DNA of 64,000 bases from the IMG/VR virus record IMGVR_UViG_3300034418_005508, positions 1,551-65,550 of that record; one strand, written 5' to 3'. Shown here piece after piece: positions 39,408 through 50,095 of this stretch (positions within the stretch are counted from its first letter, which is position 1; each line of letters starts with the position of its first letter). Source of the DNA: a virus (Duplodnaviria > Caudoviricetes). The position numbers and the translations under genes are program-made. Below the pieces are notes generated by a model. The model ran no database searches, was not told the origin of the DNA, and saw only the letters and a list, made by a program, of their open reading frames with translations.

Positions 39408-42400
39408 TTAGAATATTATTTCGTTCCCGTCTTCGTCTTGGAATCCTATGGATGAATTACCACCAAAGTCCTGGGTTCTGTTGTTAGGACCAATGCCCTG
39501 TCCTTCGTTACTTTCATAGATGCCTGAGTTTGCAAGTGGATCTATCTCACAGTTGTCGCAGTATCTCTTGATGAAATCCACGAATGTCTGGAAGTAGTTC
39601 TCTGGGTTGCCCCCGCTTTGGAACTTGACGTTGATGCACGCTTCCCACACTCTTTGCTTTTTGTCTGCTGTTACTCCTGGGAGTGTCATTCCAGGAGACC
39701 AATCTGACTTTGCAGTGTAGTAGCTTGACGTACTCACTCCGTTCACGACCCTCGTGTACTTGACTGTAGTTCCTTTTCTGTAGTTGCTACTTGCAGCGAA
39801 TCTTTGATATCTGCCTGCAGCCCACCTTGCTTTACAGTCGATCTCTTTCATTCTATTGCTGAAGCCTCTAACCTTACCGTTTCTCTTGACCCCGGCTTCA
39901 TAGTTATCGCAGTCAAACAAACAATCAAGGTTGTTCTTTGAGCCTTCGATGAACAAGTATGCAATAAGAGCAAGCTTGGTTGTATCTACGTCATCCAGGT
40001 GTATGCCTGCTTTGAGTCGGAACATGTACTTAAGTGCATCTCCGCTGGCGCAGGACATCAGTACCTGAGTCAACCAGTCTTTGTCGTACTCTTCATTTAG
40101 AGCTGCTTCCTCGAATATCGGGTTGCATACAATTGTAGTAGTTGTGAACGTTTCGATGGGCTCACACTCATTGTTTGCTACACTCTGCTCGCATGGTTGT
40201 TGTCCAGGGTTGCACAACTCTGGATTTAGCAAACACTCTGGATTACAATCGTTGCCTACACAAGGACAGTCACCGGTCTCTAGGCAGTTCACGATAGGTG
40301 GATTTACACAGTCCGGGTTGTTCGGGTCTGGGCAGGGATCTTCGACGCAGCCCTCTCCTGTTGGGTCATCTTCACAATCTGTACATCCTGCACCATTACA
40401 AGCGTAAGTGCACTGGCCGTTGTCTGCATTTTCCCCTCTACACTCAGGGTCGTAGTTAGTCGCACTTTGATCCGCGCAGCACTTACCTCCTCCCTCGCAA
40501 TCTCTGAGGCTTGCACTGAATCCTCTACTTCCTGCTGTTAGTGTTTCATCTGCACGTTTGTCGCATAGAAGACACTCTGGGTGTGTTGGGTACAAGTCGC
40601 AGAAGTCACATGTAGTGCAGTACACACAAGTGCCATCGTCAATTGTTGCGTCTGGGTCGTAGTTCTCGGCCCCAGGGTCAGTGCAACCTGCTACGTTGTC
40701 TGGACAGTCATCCGGGTTTGTAAACTGGTTACAAGGTTGAGGACAGTCATCTGTGTTCGTTATCATGTCAATGACATGATAAGTTTGCTCATCTGCGAAC
40801 TGACCAAACTCTGCAATACAGTCTTCAAGTCCCCCGAAGTTTTCACCAACAGCTGTTGCGTCGATGTGGGGTACTACAAACAGAAGGTATTGACCCCCAG
40901 TTAAGTCGTTGGTTGGTCCAAAGAGCGCACCTAACGGAACATTTATTTCATATTCAGAACCCGCTAAACTTTCCCCTATACCAAATGGGTCACCGTTTGT
41001 TATAGGTGTGGTAGTCATATCCCCAACTCCTATGAAGGCTGCAGCAGTATTACTCATAGTCAGGAATTCTCCTTCTCCTAGGCCTTGTATAGCGGTTACG
41101 TTGTTGTCGTAGAAGACCATGGCCTCACCAACAACGTTGATGTTTCCTCCGCTTACGTAGGCTACGAACAGTACAAAGTTTCCTTCGTTAGCTCCAAGTG
41201 CTCCTGTTGGGCTTGATACCGAGTAGTCTTGGACTGTGACAGTCATACTGCCATCGTAGTTCGGGTCGTAGTAATAGTACGGCTCTCCTCCATCACTGGG
41301 CTCTGCTACGTAAACGCAATCTGAGCTTGCTCTGGTTGACTCTACGTCCGTTATGAATATAGAGTTAAGTGCATCATTGAATATTTCTTCGCATGGTATG
41401 TACTCGCAGGAACCATCATCGGAGTTTGCATCCGGGTTGAAGTTCACCGCTGTCTCGTCCATACATCCCTCTACCAAGTCTACGCAGTCTTCTGAAGTTG
41501 ACACGTATGAGATAAGTTCTGCGGGGCAGATTACTGATGTTGGGTTACCGTCATCGTCTACTATGTAATCTACTACATCCAGCAGACTTACAAACTGGCC
41601 GCTGTTATCTATAAGTCCAGTTGCTTGAAGTGTAACTCCTATCACAGCCTCACCCACAGATCCGTTGTTATCCTGATCGAAGTCAAAAGGACCTGCATTT
41701 ATAACAGCATTTGCTCCCTGGAATGTGCTGATCACTGACTGTGTTATAGCTATCTCTGGATTAGGTACGTAGAGACCGTTTTCTACTATGTGAGAAACTA
41801 CTGTCTGTTCAAGAATACCATCTACAGTTATCTCAACTATGTAATAGAATGCAAATCCTGTCTGCGGTTCAATGAGTTGATATGCATCTCCTAGAGTTCC
41901 ACCTTGTCCTGGGTCTGACTGTACAAAGAATCCATCGATAAGAATGCTGAAATTAGCTTCTCCGTACACATTTCCATTCTCGTCTGGTCCGACGCAGTCT
42001 GTAGCTATTTCTGTAAGACACCAAGAGTAGAAGTTGCCGCAAGTTACACTTTCGTCCTCTCCTTGGAACTCACATATTCTTGAGTTGAGCAATCCTGTAG
42101 ATATACCATCCTCAGATGTTACACAGAAGTTAGGTGTAAATACACCGGAGCCATCTGCGAGGAATGTATTAAATTGGTCTGTTGGGGTGTTTACTCCAGG
42201 GTAGAAACTTACTCCATCCCATGGAGTTCCTTGCCACGGAGCATTGTCTGCTCCTGCATAGTTTCCTGCGGAAGTTGATGTTGGATCAGTACATTCACAG
42301 TATTCCACGAAGAAGTGGTAGGCCATGTAGTAGAACTGCTTCTGACCGCAAGTCTGTAGTGGTTGGAATCTAAGTACAGCTACATATTCTCTTCCTGCTT

Positions 42401-45400
42401 CTAGCCCTATGTCTGTTACTGTACTTGCATCATCGGGATCAAAGTTTCTAAAGTAGAATGAACTAGCATCACCAGTGTACTGGTTTGCTAGTGTTGCTAC
42501 CTCATCGAAACTTTCCAACCCAACTCCAGAGAAGTTCCCAAATATATCATAGTACACATTTGTTTGTGCAAATGTTGATCCGTCTCCATTGCTTTCTACC
42601 GCCCAACCATTACCGAACGTGTTAGCGGGCACAGTTCTGTTCTGCCAGTCGTCGTACGTATATATCTGACATACCCACCTAGAAGCAAGCTCAGAAGTAA
42701 TCATATCGTTTAGTGCAACCTGATACCCACCACTATAGCTATCGTTGCCTAATTGCTGTTGAGAGCCTTGGTCAGATGCAGGTACAAGACGGTCAAGCAA
42801 AGCATCATGCCTCATAGCGAAGTATGTAAAGGCTGTATTAGGTCCTCCTCCTGATCCGCTTGTTAACGCGTTCTCTGAAGTGTTTACTGCATTAAACAAG
42901 TTACCATCCTGCCAGTCATAAATATCTGGGCTTGACGTTGGTACGTCAGCCAGTCCCCCTCCAACATTTCCTATATATGTAGCGGGGGCTGTTCCGTATA
43001 GTCCGTTTGCGCTAACACTGTCTACGTTTCCAGGAGTTGTATTTATAAGAAGTGGAAGTGCTTGCACAAAGTGTAAGGCATTTGCATCCGAGTCTAAGGC
43101 AGTTTCGCAGAAGTAACAACTGCCGTCATCCACGTTGGCGTTAGGATTGAAGTTCACTGCGTTTTCATCAGTGCACCCTTTAATAGAATTATCTGGATCT
43201 CCGTCGCCGTCGTTATCTTCAAATCCTGTGTCAATAGTGTGATCTCCTATTACAACAAACTTCCTATTTCTGTATGGGGGTTTGTCTTTGGATACGTCGC
43301 TGCACTCTGTAGTAATACCTAACGACAGTATAGAACATTCTACCTCTGTGTTTTCCCAGCTCTGTGTCCATCCCAAGTCTACATGAGCTCTTTTAGGATC
43401 GGTTCCTGCTATTGCTAGGCTTCCTGCTGAGAACAACAGCATATGTCTGTGAGGTTCATCATCACTTGAGGCAGCACTGTTATATCCGGCTCCACCTATC
43501 GTGGCAAATACTCTTGCTTCATCTGCTGAGTCATGAACAAAGAACTGCAGGTCTTGATCTATGTATGGATCTCTGCCGGGAAAATACTTGTATGTAAAAG
43601 TATTAGTATCAGCTAAGACATCCGTTGGATCAGCCAAACTGAGGCCCAAGAACTCTGTTTGGAAGATGTCACCGTACCCATTAAATCCTAGGCCAAACTC
43701 AGAGAGAAGGACTGTCTGAGTGGAGTTGGTTGTTGTTCTGTACTCTACAGAGGTTGCAGCGGCGAGCGTTCCGTCAGCGAGGTAGTTTAAGGCGTAGCCG
43801 TTATCTACATTGGCGTTTCCTGTTACTGAGAAGTATGAGTTTACGTACAGCAGTGATGGAAAGGCATCTGCACCACCTGTCCCCGTTTCTGAGTACTGAT
43901 CAGTTACAACGTTTCTAGGATATATGACTACTGTTTCAAACCTTTTGCTGTCAGGGCTAGTGCCCTTTCCGACTTCGCCTACAGGTAGTGACTCTACAAC
44001 ATTTCTACATCCGCACCGGTCATAGTCTAGTTCCTCGTTACATAGAGACAAGTTTCTGAATCTAACTAAGCTTGTTTCGTTTTCGTCCCCTAAAACAGCC
44101 CACGTTGCTTCAGAATTTTTATCTGTGCAGAAAGTTGAGTTTACACCATTAATGCCGTTGGCAGCTATAGCGTATGTGGGAGGTAGTGTTGAACTGCCCC
44201 CTCCGGAAGTAACGTTAACTCGGTACTTAACTCGGTGTAGGGTGTCTCCAGCTCCCTGCTCTGTTATTGGAGAAAACCCATAAACGTCAGTAAAAGTTGG
44301 TATGTCTGAAGTAGCCCAAGGCGCATAATCGTCATTACTAATCGCTATAGCTTGAGGAGACTCTGCGTATACAAATGCTGTATAAGTGAAGAGCACAGAA
44401 CTTGACAAGTTCTGACTGTTAACAGCGGCTGATGCTACTGTGGGCCACCCAGAAGTTAACCCTGTAGATGCTGGCGTAAAGCCGGCTTCTCCTCCTCCTA
44501 TGTTAGCTCCTATGGTTCTTGAGGCGTTGTAAAAGGTTTGGTGTATTCTGGTTGCATGGTACACACCAGAGAACAATTTATCATATGCTGGAACCAGTTC
44601 TTGGTTCTCCGAGGTAGAAATATAGTTTTGGAAACTGTGCGCTGACGTGTTGTCTGGGTCAGCCCCCATGTAAAATGCATTTGATATAAAGTCCTGCCAC
44701 CCTATATTTCCGATAAGTACTGCGTTTAAAGCCTCAAGACGCATATACTGACTGCCTCCTAGAGCTGTCTGGTTAGAGGCATCAGGATTGCCTGACGCTT
44801 CATTGTATGATGATTGAAAAGCCCAACTAGCATACCAAGCCCAAATGTTTACGTCATTTGAGTTGATTGCACTACCTACACCATTTGTAATGTTGTAGTT
44901 AGTAGTTGAGTTTATGGTGAAGTTAGTGTTCTCCCACTTATAGAAAGTAACATAGTGCATAAACTCAGACTGAGCATGCGGGTAGTAAGGACTTCTGTAG
45001 ATACCTCTGTCTGGGTGTACTCTCAGATTCTCACACCTAGCGTTGGATCTGGTTGCTGAGTCATCATACCCGTAGGTATCTCCTAGTTCATATCCTTGGT
45101 TTGGTATGCCTAGACCTGTAGGTAGGAAATCACCACCCACGGTCTGTGGTAGGTAAGACCCACCTATAGAAGACGCACCGTATTTTGTATCTCCGTAACT
45201 AGGTCCTACTACGTACTTCCAGGCATAGAGTCCATAATTTATATATCCATGGGTTTCCCCTATGTTTAGTTGTGGTCCGTGGAATTCAAGCAAGCTGAAT
45301 TGATCGCCCTTACGCTGGCTTCTGTAAGTACTAGTACGTCTGTCTATTCTCTGCTGAGATTGAGGATCAACCATGTCCATCCTGTCCCTTGTCAGGTCCA

Positions 45401-46277
45401 GTTTTCTAAAATCTGGTTTTGAGTTCCTGCCGTATACGGCGTTTCTAAGAAAGTGTATTTGTCCGGGGGCAGTTATTGCTTCAGGGGGAAGATCAAACGC
45501 TGACCGCTGGTGCTTAGGCTGAGCTGGGGCTAGTCTACTAGCTGAACCGGGAGTACCGTTGAGCCACTTTGTTTTTGTCCTTACCGAGTTCCACTGTATA
45601 CCATCGTTAGCAGTTCCTAGATCTTGAACCTTCACTGTTGCCCCTATGTTACTGCTGTCAGCCCCAGTTAAGAATCTGGCTACGTCAACTGTGGGGTTTT
45701 GGTGTGCTTTATCGCCAGTTGATGCTGGCACTCCAGCAAGAACGAATGGTACTTGCCTCTTATTTACAGCTACCCCTAAGTCACTTCTGCCCCCTTGTAG
45801 CAGCAAACACCCTTCTAGTATAACTATATCACCGGGCTGGACTTGATCAAAAAGCTTTTCAAGCAGATATACTTTTACTGCCAGGTGCCCATCTGTAAGA
45901 TATCTGAACTCTGTCCGCTCGATGTACTCTGCTAGTGTGTTTCCTGTTATAGTAACTAGAGTTAGGTCATCTGACTTTATTTTAATAGACGTGGGCTGCA
46001 CACCTACCAGCTCTCTTATAGGCTTATTAAGCAGACCGTTCTCAAAGTTTCCCTGAAGGCCGTCACCTCCGTTAGCGCCCCCGTACAGCAAAAGATCTGC
46101 AGAAGTCCACCCCTCGTAAGCTAACTCTTCGCTTGAGAGATACCGTATTTCTGAGGGAGAATGCGCGGAATTGTGTATGAATATATCAAATGCGCTAGCG
46201 GCATGAGCCTCTACGAACGTAAATACGGGTAGATCTCTGCCCCCCTCTCTTGTAGAAAATCCAAGTACTCTAGCCAT
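39408..46277 (-). CDS. Giant Cys-rich tail-associated protein with GCTDxxAxNY/FxPxAxxDDGSC repeats
   Basis: 2289 aa. Three full and two degenerate GCTD repeats, a Cys/Pro-rich stalk, and a C-terminal helical Cys-containing domain with an aromatic insert. Occupies the tail-hub position. Confidence 0.75.
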   Translation of the reverse strand: MARVLGFSTREGGRDLPVFTFVEAHAASAFDIFIHNSAHSPSEIRYLSSEELAYEGWTSADLLLYGGANGGDGLQGNFENGLLNKPIRELVGVQPTSIKIKSDDLTLVTITGNTLAEYIERTEFRYLTDGHLAVKVYLLEKLFDQVQPGDIVILEGCLLLQGGRSDLGVAVNKRQVPFVLAGVPASTGDKAHQNPTVDVARFLTGADSSNIGATVKVQDLGTANDGIQWNSVRTKTKWLNGTPGSASRLAPAQPKHQRSAFDLPPEAITAPGQIHFLRNAVYGRNSKPDFRKLDLTRDRMDMVDPQSQQRIDRRTSTYRSQRKGDQFSLLEFHGPQLNIGETHGYINYGLYAWKYVVGPSYGDTKYGASSIGGSYLPQTVGGDFLPTGLGIPNQGYELGDTYGYDDSATRSNARCENLRVHPDRGIYRSPYYPHAQSEFMHYVTFYKWENTNFTINSTTNYNITNGVGSAINSNDVNIWAWYASWAFQSSYNEASGNPDASNQTALGGSQYMRLEALNAVLIGNIGWQDFISNAFYMGADPDNTSAHSFQNYISTSENQELVPAYDKLFSGVYHATRIHQTFYNASRTIGANIGGGEAGFTPASTGLTSGWPTVASAAVNSQNLSSSVLFTYTAFVYAESPQAIAISNDDYAPWATSDIPTFTDVYGFSPITEQGAGDTLHRVKYRVNVTSGGGSSTLPPTYAIAANGINGVNSTFCTDKNSEATWAVLGDENETSLVRFRNLSLCNEELDYDRCGCRNVVESLPVGEVGKGTSPDSKRFETVVIYPRNVVTDQYSETGTGGADAFPSLLYVNSYFSVTGNANVDNGYALNYLADGTLAAATSVEYRTTTNSTQTVLLSEFGLGFNGYGDIFQTEFLGLSLADPTDVLADTNTFTYKYFPGRDPYIDQDLQFFVHDSADEARVFATIGGAGYNSAASSDDEPHRHMLLFSAGSLAIAGTDPKRAHVDLGWTQSWENTEVECSILSLGITTECSDVSKDKPPYRNRKFVVIGDHTIDTGFEDNDGDGDPDNSIKGCTDENAVNFNPNANVDDGSCYFCETALDSDANALHFVQALPLLINTTPGNVDSVSANGLYGTAPATYIGNVGGGLADVPTSSPDIYDWQDGNLFNAVNTSENALTSGSGGGPNTAFTYFAMRHDALLDRLVPASDQGSQQQLGNDSYSGGYQVALNDMITSELASRWVCQIYTYDDWQNRTVPANTFGNGWAVESNGDGSTFAQTNVYYDIFGNFSGVGLESFDEVATLANQYTGDASSFYFRNFDPDDASTVTDIGLEAGREYVAVLRFQPLQTCGQKQFYYMAYHFFVEYCECTDPTSTSAGNYAGADNAPWQGTPWDGVSFYPGVNTPTDQFNTFLADGSGVFTPNFCVTSEDGISTGLLNSRICEFQGEDESVTCGNFYSWCLTEIATDCVGPDENGNVYGEANFSILIDGFFVQSDPGQGGTLGDAYQLIEPQTGFAFYYIVEITVDGILEQTVVSHIVENGLYVPNPEIAITQSVISTFQGANAVINAGPFDFDQDNNGSVGEAVIGVTLQATGLIDNSGQFVSLLDVVDYIVDDDGNPTSVICPAELISYVSTSEDCVDLVEGCMDETAVNFNPDANSDDGSCEYIPCEEIFNDALNSIFITDVESTRASSDCVYVAEPSDGGEPYYYYDPNYDGSMTVTVQDYSVSSPTGALGANEGNFVLFVAYVSGGNINVVGEAMVFYDNNVTAIQGLGEGEFLTMSNTAAAFIGVGDMTTTPITNGDPFGIGESLAGSEYEINVPLGALFGPTNDLTGGQYLLFVVPHIDATAVGENFGGLEDCIAEFGQFADEQTYHVIDMITNTDDCPQPCNQFTNPDDCPDNVAGCTDPGAENYDPDATIDDGTCVYCTTCDFCDLYPTHPECLLCDKRADETLTAGSRGFSASLRDCEGGGKCCADQSATNYDPECRGENADNGQCTYACNGAGCTDCEDDPTGEGCVEDPCPDPNNPDCVNPPIVNCLETGDCPCVGNDCNPECLLNPELCNPGQQPCEQSVANNECEPIETFTTTTIVCNPIFEEAALNEEYDKDWLTQVLMSCASGDALKYMFRLKAGIHLDDVDTTKLALIAYLFIEGSKNNLDCLFDCDNYEAGVKRNGKVRGFSNRMKEIDCKARWAAGRYQRFAASSNYRKGTTVKYTRVVNGVSTSSYYTAKSDWSPGMTLPGVTADKKQRVWEACINVKFQSGGNPENYFQTFVDFIKRYCDNCEIDPLANSGIYESNEGQGIGPNNRTQDFGGNSSIGFQDEDGNEIIF

Positions 46278-46286
46278 GGGTAAGGT

Positions 46287-46745
46287 TTAGCAGCCGCAAG
46301 CACAACGCTCTTGGCAAAATTCTTTTGCTTTGCGATACATGTCGTTAGCGTCGGTTTGTCTACCGTTTGTTGCAGCAAAGACAGCAGCTTGTAGCAGGAG
46401 ATAAATCTTCTCCGCAAGCTTGAGATCTTCCTTGCACTTATCGCACTTACATGTGCAATGTATTGCGTCATGCACCAGCTTAGCGATGCAGCACTGTATG
46501 TCGGCTGTACCTACTGAGTACTCAACTGTTTTATTACCTCTACCATCGTCTATGGTTGTCTTCAATACCCCGCTTGAGTTCATAGTAAGCGCAGTAACAA
46601 CCTTACCCTTCTTGGTGCGGGCTCTCTGAGAGACGGTGTCTCCGGTGAATAGGTTTTCTACAGTTACGGTGTAGTTAGTTCCCCTAGCTGCTCCAGGAGA
46701 TGCTACCAAAACTCTTTTGCCTGAGTATACAGATCTTGTTGCCAT
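46287..46745 (-). CDS. Tail hub-like protein, Cys-rich C-terminus
   Basis: 152 aa. CCIAK..CTCKCDKC..LLLQAA..A..MY.KA..C..CACGC; follows the auxiliary capsid gene. Confidence 0.65.
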   Translation of the reverse strand: MATRSVYSGKRVLVASPGAARGTNYTVTVENLFTGDTVSQRARTKKGKVVTALTMNSSGVLKTTIDDGRGNKTVEYSVGTADIQCCIAKLVHDAIHCTCKCDKCKEDLKLAEKIYLLLQAAVFAATNGRQTDANDMYRKAKEFCQERCACGC

Positions 46746-46754
46746 GATGATAAG

Positions 46755-46784
46755 TAATAAAGGGGGACACCCTATGTGCCCCCC
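46755..46784 (-). terminator. Rho-independent terminator after the auxiliary capsid gene
   Basis: Minus strand GGGGGGCAC-ATAGG-GTGTCCCCC-TTTATT. Confidence 0.75.
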
Positions 46785-46792
46785 ATATTAGA

Positions 46793-47947
46793 TTAGCTCC
46801 AAACGAAACGCTTCGCAGTACGAACAGTAACTTGGAACAAAGTGTCAATTACTGAGTTAGAGCCGTCAGCAAGGAGTGCCGTGCCAGACGAACCTACGTA
46901 GATACGAACACTGTTTGTCTGACCTGCAGGAGCAATTCCTGCACCAACTGGCCAGTTAGGAGTGTTGTAGTTGATGTCGATGACATCGTATGCAAAACCA
47001 GACTGAGTAAACGTAGTCTGATCAGTTGGGAAGTACATACGGTTGAAGTTTCCGTACTTACCTCTAGTACCCTTCTCATCAGAGATAGCCTGCCAGTCGT
47101 TACCAGCACCAATAACCAAGTTAGCCTTGGTGTTAGTCAAAGTGCTGTCTACTGCACCAGTGTCGCTGAGGGTGATCATAATGTCAAGATCAACACCAGC
47201 ATGGCGAGCAGTGTAGGTGTCACCAGACGTAGTAGTCGTAGTAACATTAATCAACTTGCTCAAAATGCCGTGAGCATCAACTTTTTCCTCAAGCTTAGCA
47301 CAGAAGCCAGCAAGGTTATCAGTAGCCAACTCAGAGTTCAGCACCTCAATGTTGAAGACCTTGTGGTTTGTGGTATTGAAAGCTGCGAGTGGGAACTCTT
47401 TGCTTTCACCACTCAAGTCAGTCATCGTCAGGTCCTCGTTGTTTACGAAGTACTCGTAAGCAGTAGGGGTAGTTCTGATGACAAACTTGACCAGTCTGTC
47501 TTTACTAGTAGCCATTGTGTTGTCAGTGATGGTGTGCTTAGCACCTACAGAAGCAGTGTGGGGCGTGTATTGAATGCTCTTGATGTTAGCCGTAGGGATA
47601 ACAGGAGTAGCAATTGGGTTTCCGCTAGGCATACCCTGAGCAAACTGCAAGTGGCTGTAGTGCCATGCTGGATTGACCGAAGTCAGAGCACTCACCTCAG
47701 TCACTACGAGTTCGTCAGCCACTTGGATACCGTCAGCAGGGTCATCTGCATCTGTACCAACAATGTTCACGTTAGTAGTAGAGTACAACTGATTTGCAGT
47801 AATCCAAGCTTGTCCGTATGAATCCCAAATACCACACTCGTGGTTGGCAGCGGTAGTGCTACCTACAATAGATCCGAAATTGGTGGTCGCGCCCGGGATG
47901 AGCTGACCATCGTTGCAGATAAAAGTCTGCGAAAGATTAGAAGCCAT
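46793..47947 (-). CDS. Auxiliary capsid protein (crAss type), putative
   Basis: 384 aa, beta-rich. C-terminal GAG...E....G.F.R.YFP......YD.I.I; followed by a terminator; conserved position after the ring gene. Confidence 0.6.
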   Translation of the reverse strand: MASNLSQTFICNDGQLIPGATTNFGSIVGSTTAANHECGIWDSYGQAWITANQLYSTTNVNIVGTDADDPADGIQVADELVVTEVSALTSVNPAWHYSHLQFAQGMPSGNPIATPVIPTANIKSIQYTPHTASVGAKHTITDNTMATSKDRLVKFVIRTTPTAYEYFVNNEDLTMTDLSGESKEFPLAAFNTTNHKVFNIEVLNSELATDNLAGFCAKLEEKVDAHGILSKLINVTTTTTSGDTYTARHAGVDLDIMITLSDTGAVDSTLTNTKANLVIGAGNDWQAISDEKGTRGKYGNFNRMYFPTDQTTFTQSGFAYDVIDINYNTPNWPVGAGIAPAGQTNSVRIYVGSSGTALLADGSNSVIDTLFQVTVRTAKRFVWS

Positions 47948-47978
47948 GGTAATAAAGTTTTATGGCGTTCAACAAAAA

Positions 47979-49217
47979 TTACTCGCTCTCCAGGACCTCC
48001 CCAGATTGCGTTTGATATCTTGGAGACTCGAATGACTCCAGGATGCTTTTAACTGTCATCTCCACAATCTCGTGATGAGTGTGCTCTGCCAGCTCGCAGC
48101 CTATGCCCTCAGCTAAGTTGACATTTACAGGTCTGCGTAAATACTTTATAGTTACGTTGAGAGGTATCGTATGTACGTCAGAGTACAAATCTACGAAATT
48201 TTCTTGCATCGTGTACATGATGTTGTCCGTTTTTGCAGTGTTAAACGGATCGTCAAGCAATGCAAATATGTCATCGTGTTGGACTGCCTTACAAAGTTGC
48301 CTGCTTATCTTAGTGTGGTTTTGACTTAGGTCAGCTTTTCTATTTACTTTGTATGACACTTCAGGGGATTCAAAGATTTTTCTCTCTATTCCACCGTCCT
48401 TTAGTGGTGCATATGCAGGTGCGTACTTTATCAACCCATATATACCATCATATATCCCATCTGTAGAGTTCTGAACTTGGTGTGGCTTTGCCAACCCACT
48501 CCCGTCAGAAAGTTTTCTTACTGGGTAGCTTAGGTATATTTCGTTACCATCTGCGTGGGGAGAGTCTGAAGTTATAGAGCTGGAGAACATGTCAGCCAAA
48601 CCATCTTGGTAAGATCTTCCAGGCACATAGCCTTCAGCCCACATCAGTGGATTTAACAGTTCCTCTAAGCTAGTTCTGCTTCCAATCGTGCTCCATATAA
48701 CTTCTAACTCCCCAAAAACGTTAGCTACTGATACTTCTCGTATTACATTGCCTGGTTTTCCAGAGTCTATGGGTATTCTTAGAAACCTATCTGTTGTAGC
48801 TATCTCTTCAAACCGTACAGGCTTATTACAGTTTACTGCAAGTGTGCTCTTTATGTTGATGAGGTACATGTAATCTACAGGAAGCTTGAATCTCTCCAAG
48901 TTTATAATCTTATTTCCTGTAGCTGAGTAAACTGCCCCGAAATAACTACCCGAGCCTATTGCTTCTGATCCACCTTTTATGTTCAAAGGTGTAGAATAGT
49001 CTTCAAGTAGCGTTCTGAGGTCGTCTATCCTCTTCTGAGATTGCTCAAACCCTTTTCCTTTGGGATTGGACATGGGATTGTAGCGCTGATTGATGAATCT
49101 GCGTACGGCCATGTTGATTTCATGGTCAATCTCTTCAGGTAAGAGATTGTCAACCTGGAAAGATGCGACTTTTTGCACCCCCAGGTTGACAGCTATATGC
49201 ATCTCTTGTATTGTCAC
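47979..49217 (-). CDS. Ring / head-tail adaptor protein with central insertion
   Basis: 412 aa, GTG start. EEID..IN.A...GFEQSQKRIDDLRTL, LP.DYMY, YLRRP, CELAEHTHHEIV..TV. Confidence 0.8.
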   Translation of the reverse strand: MTIQEMHIAVNLGVQKVASFQVDNLLPEEIDHEINMAVRRFINQRYNPMSNPKGKGFEQSQKRIDDLRTLLEDYSTPLNIKGGSEAIGSGSYFGAVYSATGNKIINLERFKLPVDYMYLINIKSTLAVNCNKPVRFEEIATTDRFLRIPIDSGKPGNVIREVSVANVFGELEVIWSTIGSRTSLEELLNPLMWAEGYVPGRSYQDGLADMFSSSITSDSPHADGNEIYLSYPVRKLSDGSGLAKPHQVQNSTDGIYDGIYGLIKYAPAYAPLKDGGIERKIFESPEVSYKVNRKADLSQNHTKISRQLCKAVQHDDIFALLDDPFNTAKTDNIMYTMQENFVDLYSDVHTIPLNVTIKYLRRPVNVNLAEGIGCELAEHTHHEIVEMTVKSILESFESPRYQTQSGEVLESE

Positions 49218-50020
49218 GCTATTGTCTTCAGTTGAGCTCTCATAGCGTTAACCGCTCCTGAGTTCTTCTTGTTTTTAAAGTAAACTATGGCGTCGGTTTG
49301 GTTCTCTCCAATGGTCTCGTCCCCGTATATGTACTGGTTTCCGATTTTACGCAAGACATCCTTGCTAACCATCTCTTCAATCTCTGCCTTAAGGTCGAGA
49401 TCTTTGTCAGTTGCAAACTTCAAGAACTTGGCTGGGTTGTTTCCTTTGAGTTCGTACAGTTTGTTTTCAATTTCCAAGTCAGTTAGCTTCTCTGGATTAG
49501 ATCCGTCGCTAAGTAGTCTTACAAGTCTTCTCATTTTGTCAACATCTGTTGAGCACTTGATGAACTCTTTGTCTGCTTCCTTGCTAACTTTTACTTTTGC
49601 GTTCTTCTTAAGAAGATCTCGTTCAGGATCGTAGATATAGAACTTTTTTACTGGGTCTTTCTCCATATGTTCTTGACTATCTGCTACCTGTCTATGCTTC
49701 TTGCACCACTGAAAGGTGATGTAGTCCATTACGTTGTGCGGGTGACCTGTCTCATCTACTGTAATGTCCAACTCCTTACCTTCAAATGGTACCTTCAGTG
49801 CCATACTGGCCCAAAAGTCTTTTTCAAGCCTTGGCCAGGCTTCGTGTGTTGGGGGCACGTCGAGTATTCCTGTCAACAACCTGTGTGCTTCATCTCCTTC
49901 TACTCCTCTAAGAGGTTGTCTTCCAACGTAGATGGAGCCAATCGTAATTTTTGCCCCAGCTCTGATCTCTTTTGGGAGATGGTTGAGGACTTCTTTGCGT
50001 CTGATTATAACTTTTTTCAT
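49214..50020 (-). CDS. Conserved crAss-like protein downstream of the major capsid gene
   Basis: 268 aa. FYIYDPE and IGE....AI.YFK..KN; conserved synteny. Function uncertain. Confidence 0.7.
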   Translation of the reverse strand: MKKVIIRRKEVLNHLPKEIRAGAKITIGSIYVGRQPLRGVEGDEAHRLLTGILDVPPTHEAWPRLEKDFWASMALKVPFEGKELDITVDETGHPHNVMDYITFQWCKKHRQVADSQEHMEKDPVKKFYIYDPERDLLKKNAKVKVSKEADKEFIKCSTDVDKMRRLVRLLSDGSNPEKLTDLEIENKLYELKGNNPAKFLKFATDKDLDLKAEIEEMVSKDVLRKIGNQYIYGDETIGENQTDAIVYFKNKKNSGAVNAMRAQLKTIA

Positions 50021-50053
50021 GTTCTTTTGAGTTAAGAATAAACTAGTCCTGGC

Positions 50054-50095
50054 TGCAAATCGGGGAGAGCCGACATTTCAGCTCCCCCCTTTGCA
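50054..50095 (-). promoter_or_regulatory. Long stem-loop downstream of the major capsid gene
   Basis: Minus strand TGCAAA-GGGGGGAGCTGA-AATG-TCGGCTCTCCCC-GA-TTTGCA; no immediate U-tract. Confidence 0.65.

Noticed and set aside
37793-46277. Diversity-generating retroelement targeting fibre genes
   Set aside because: No reverse transcriptase and no template/variable repeat pair seen in this window.
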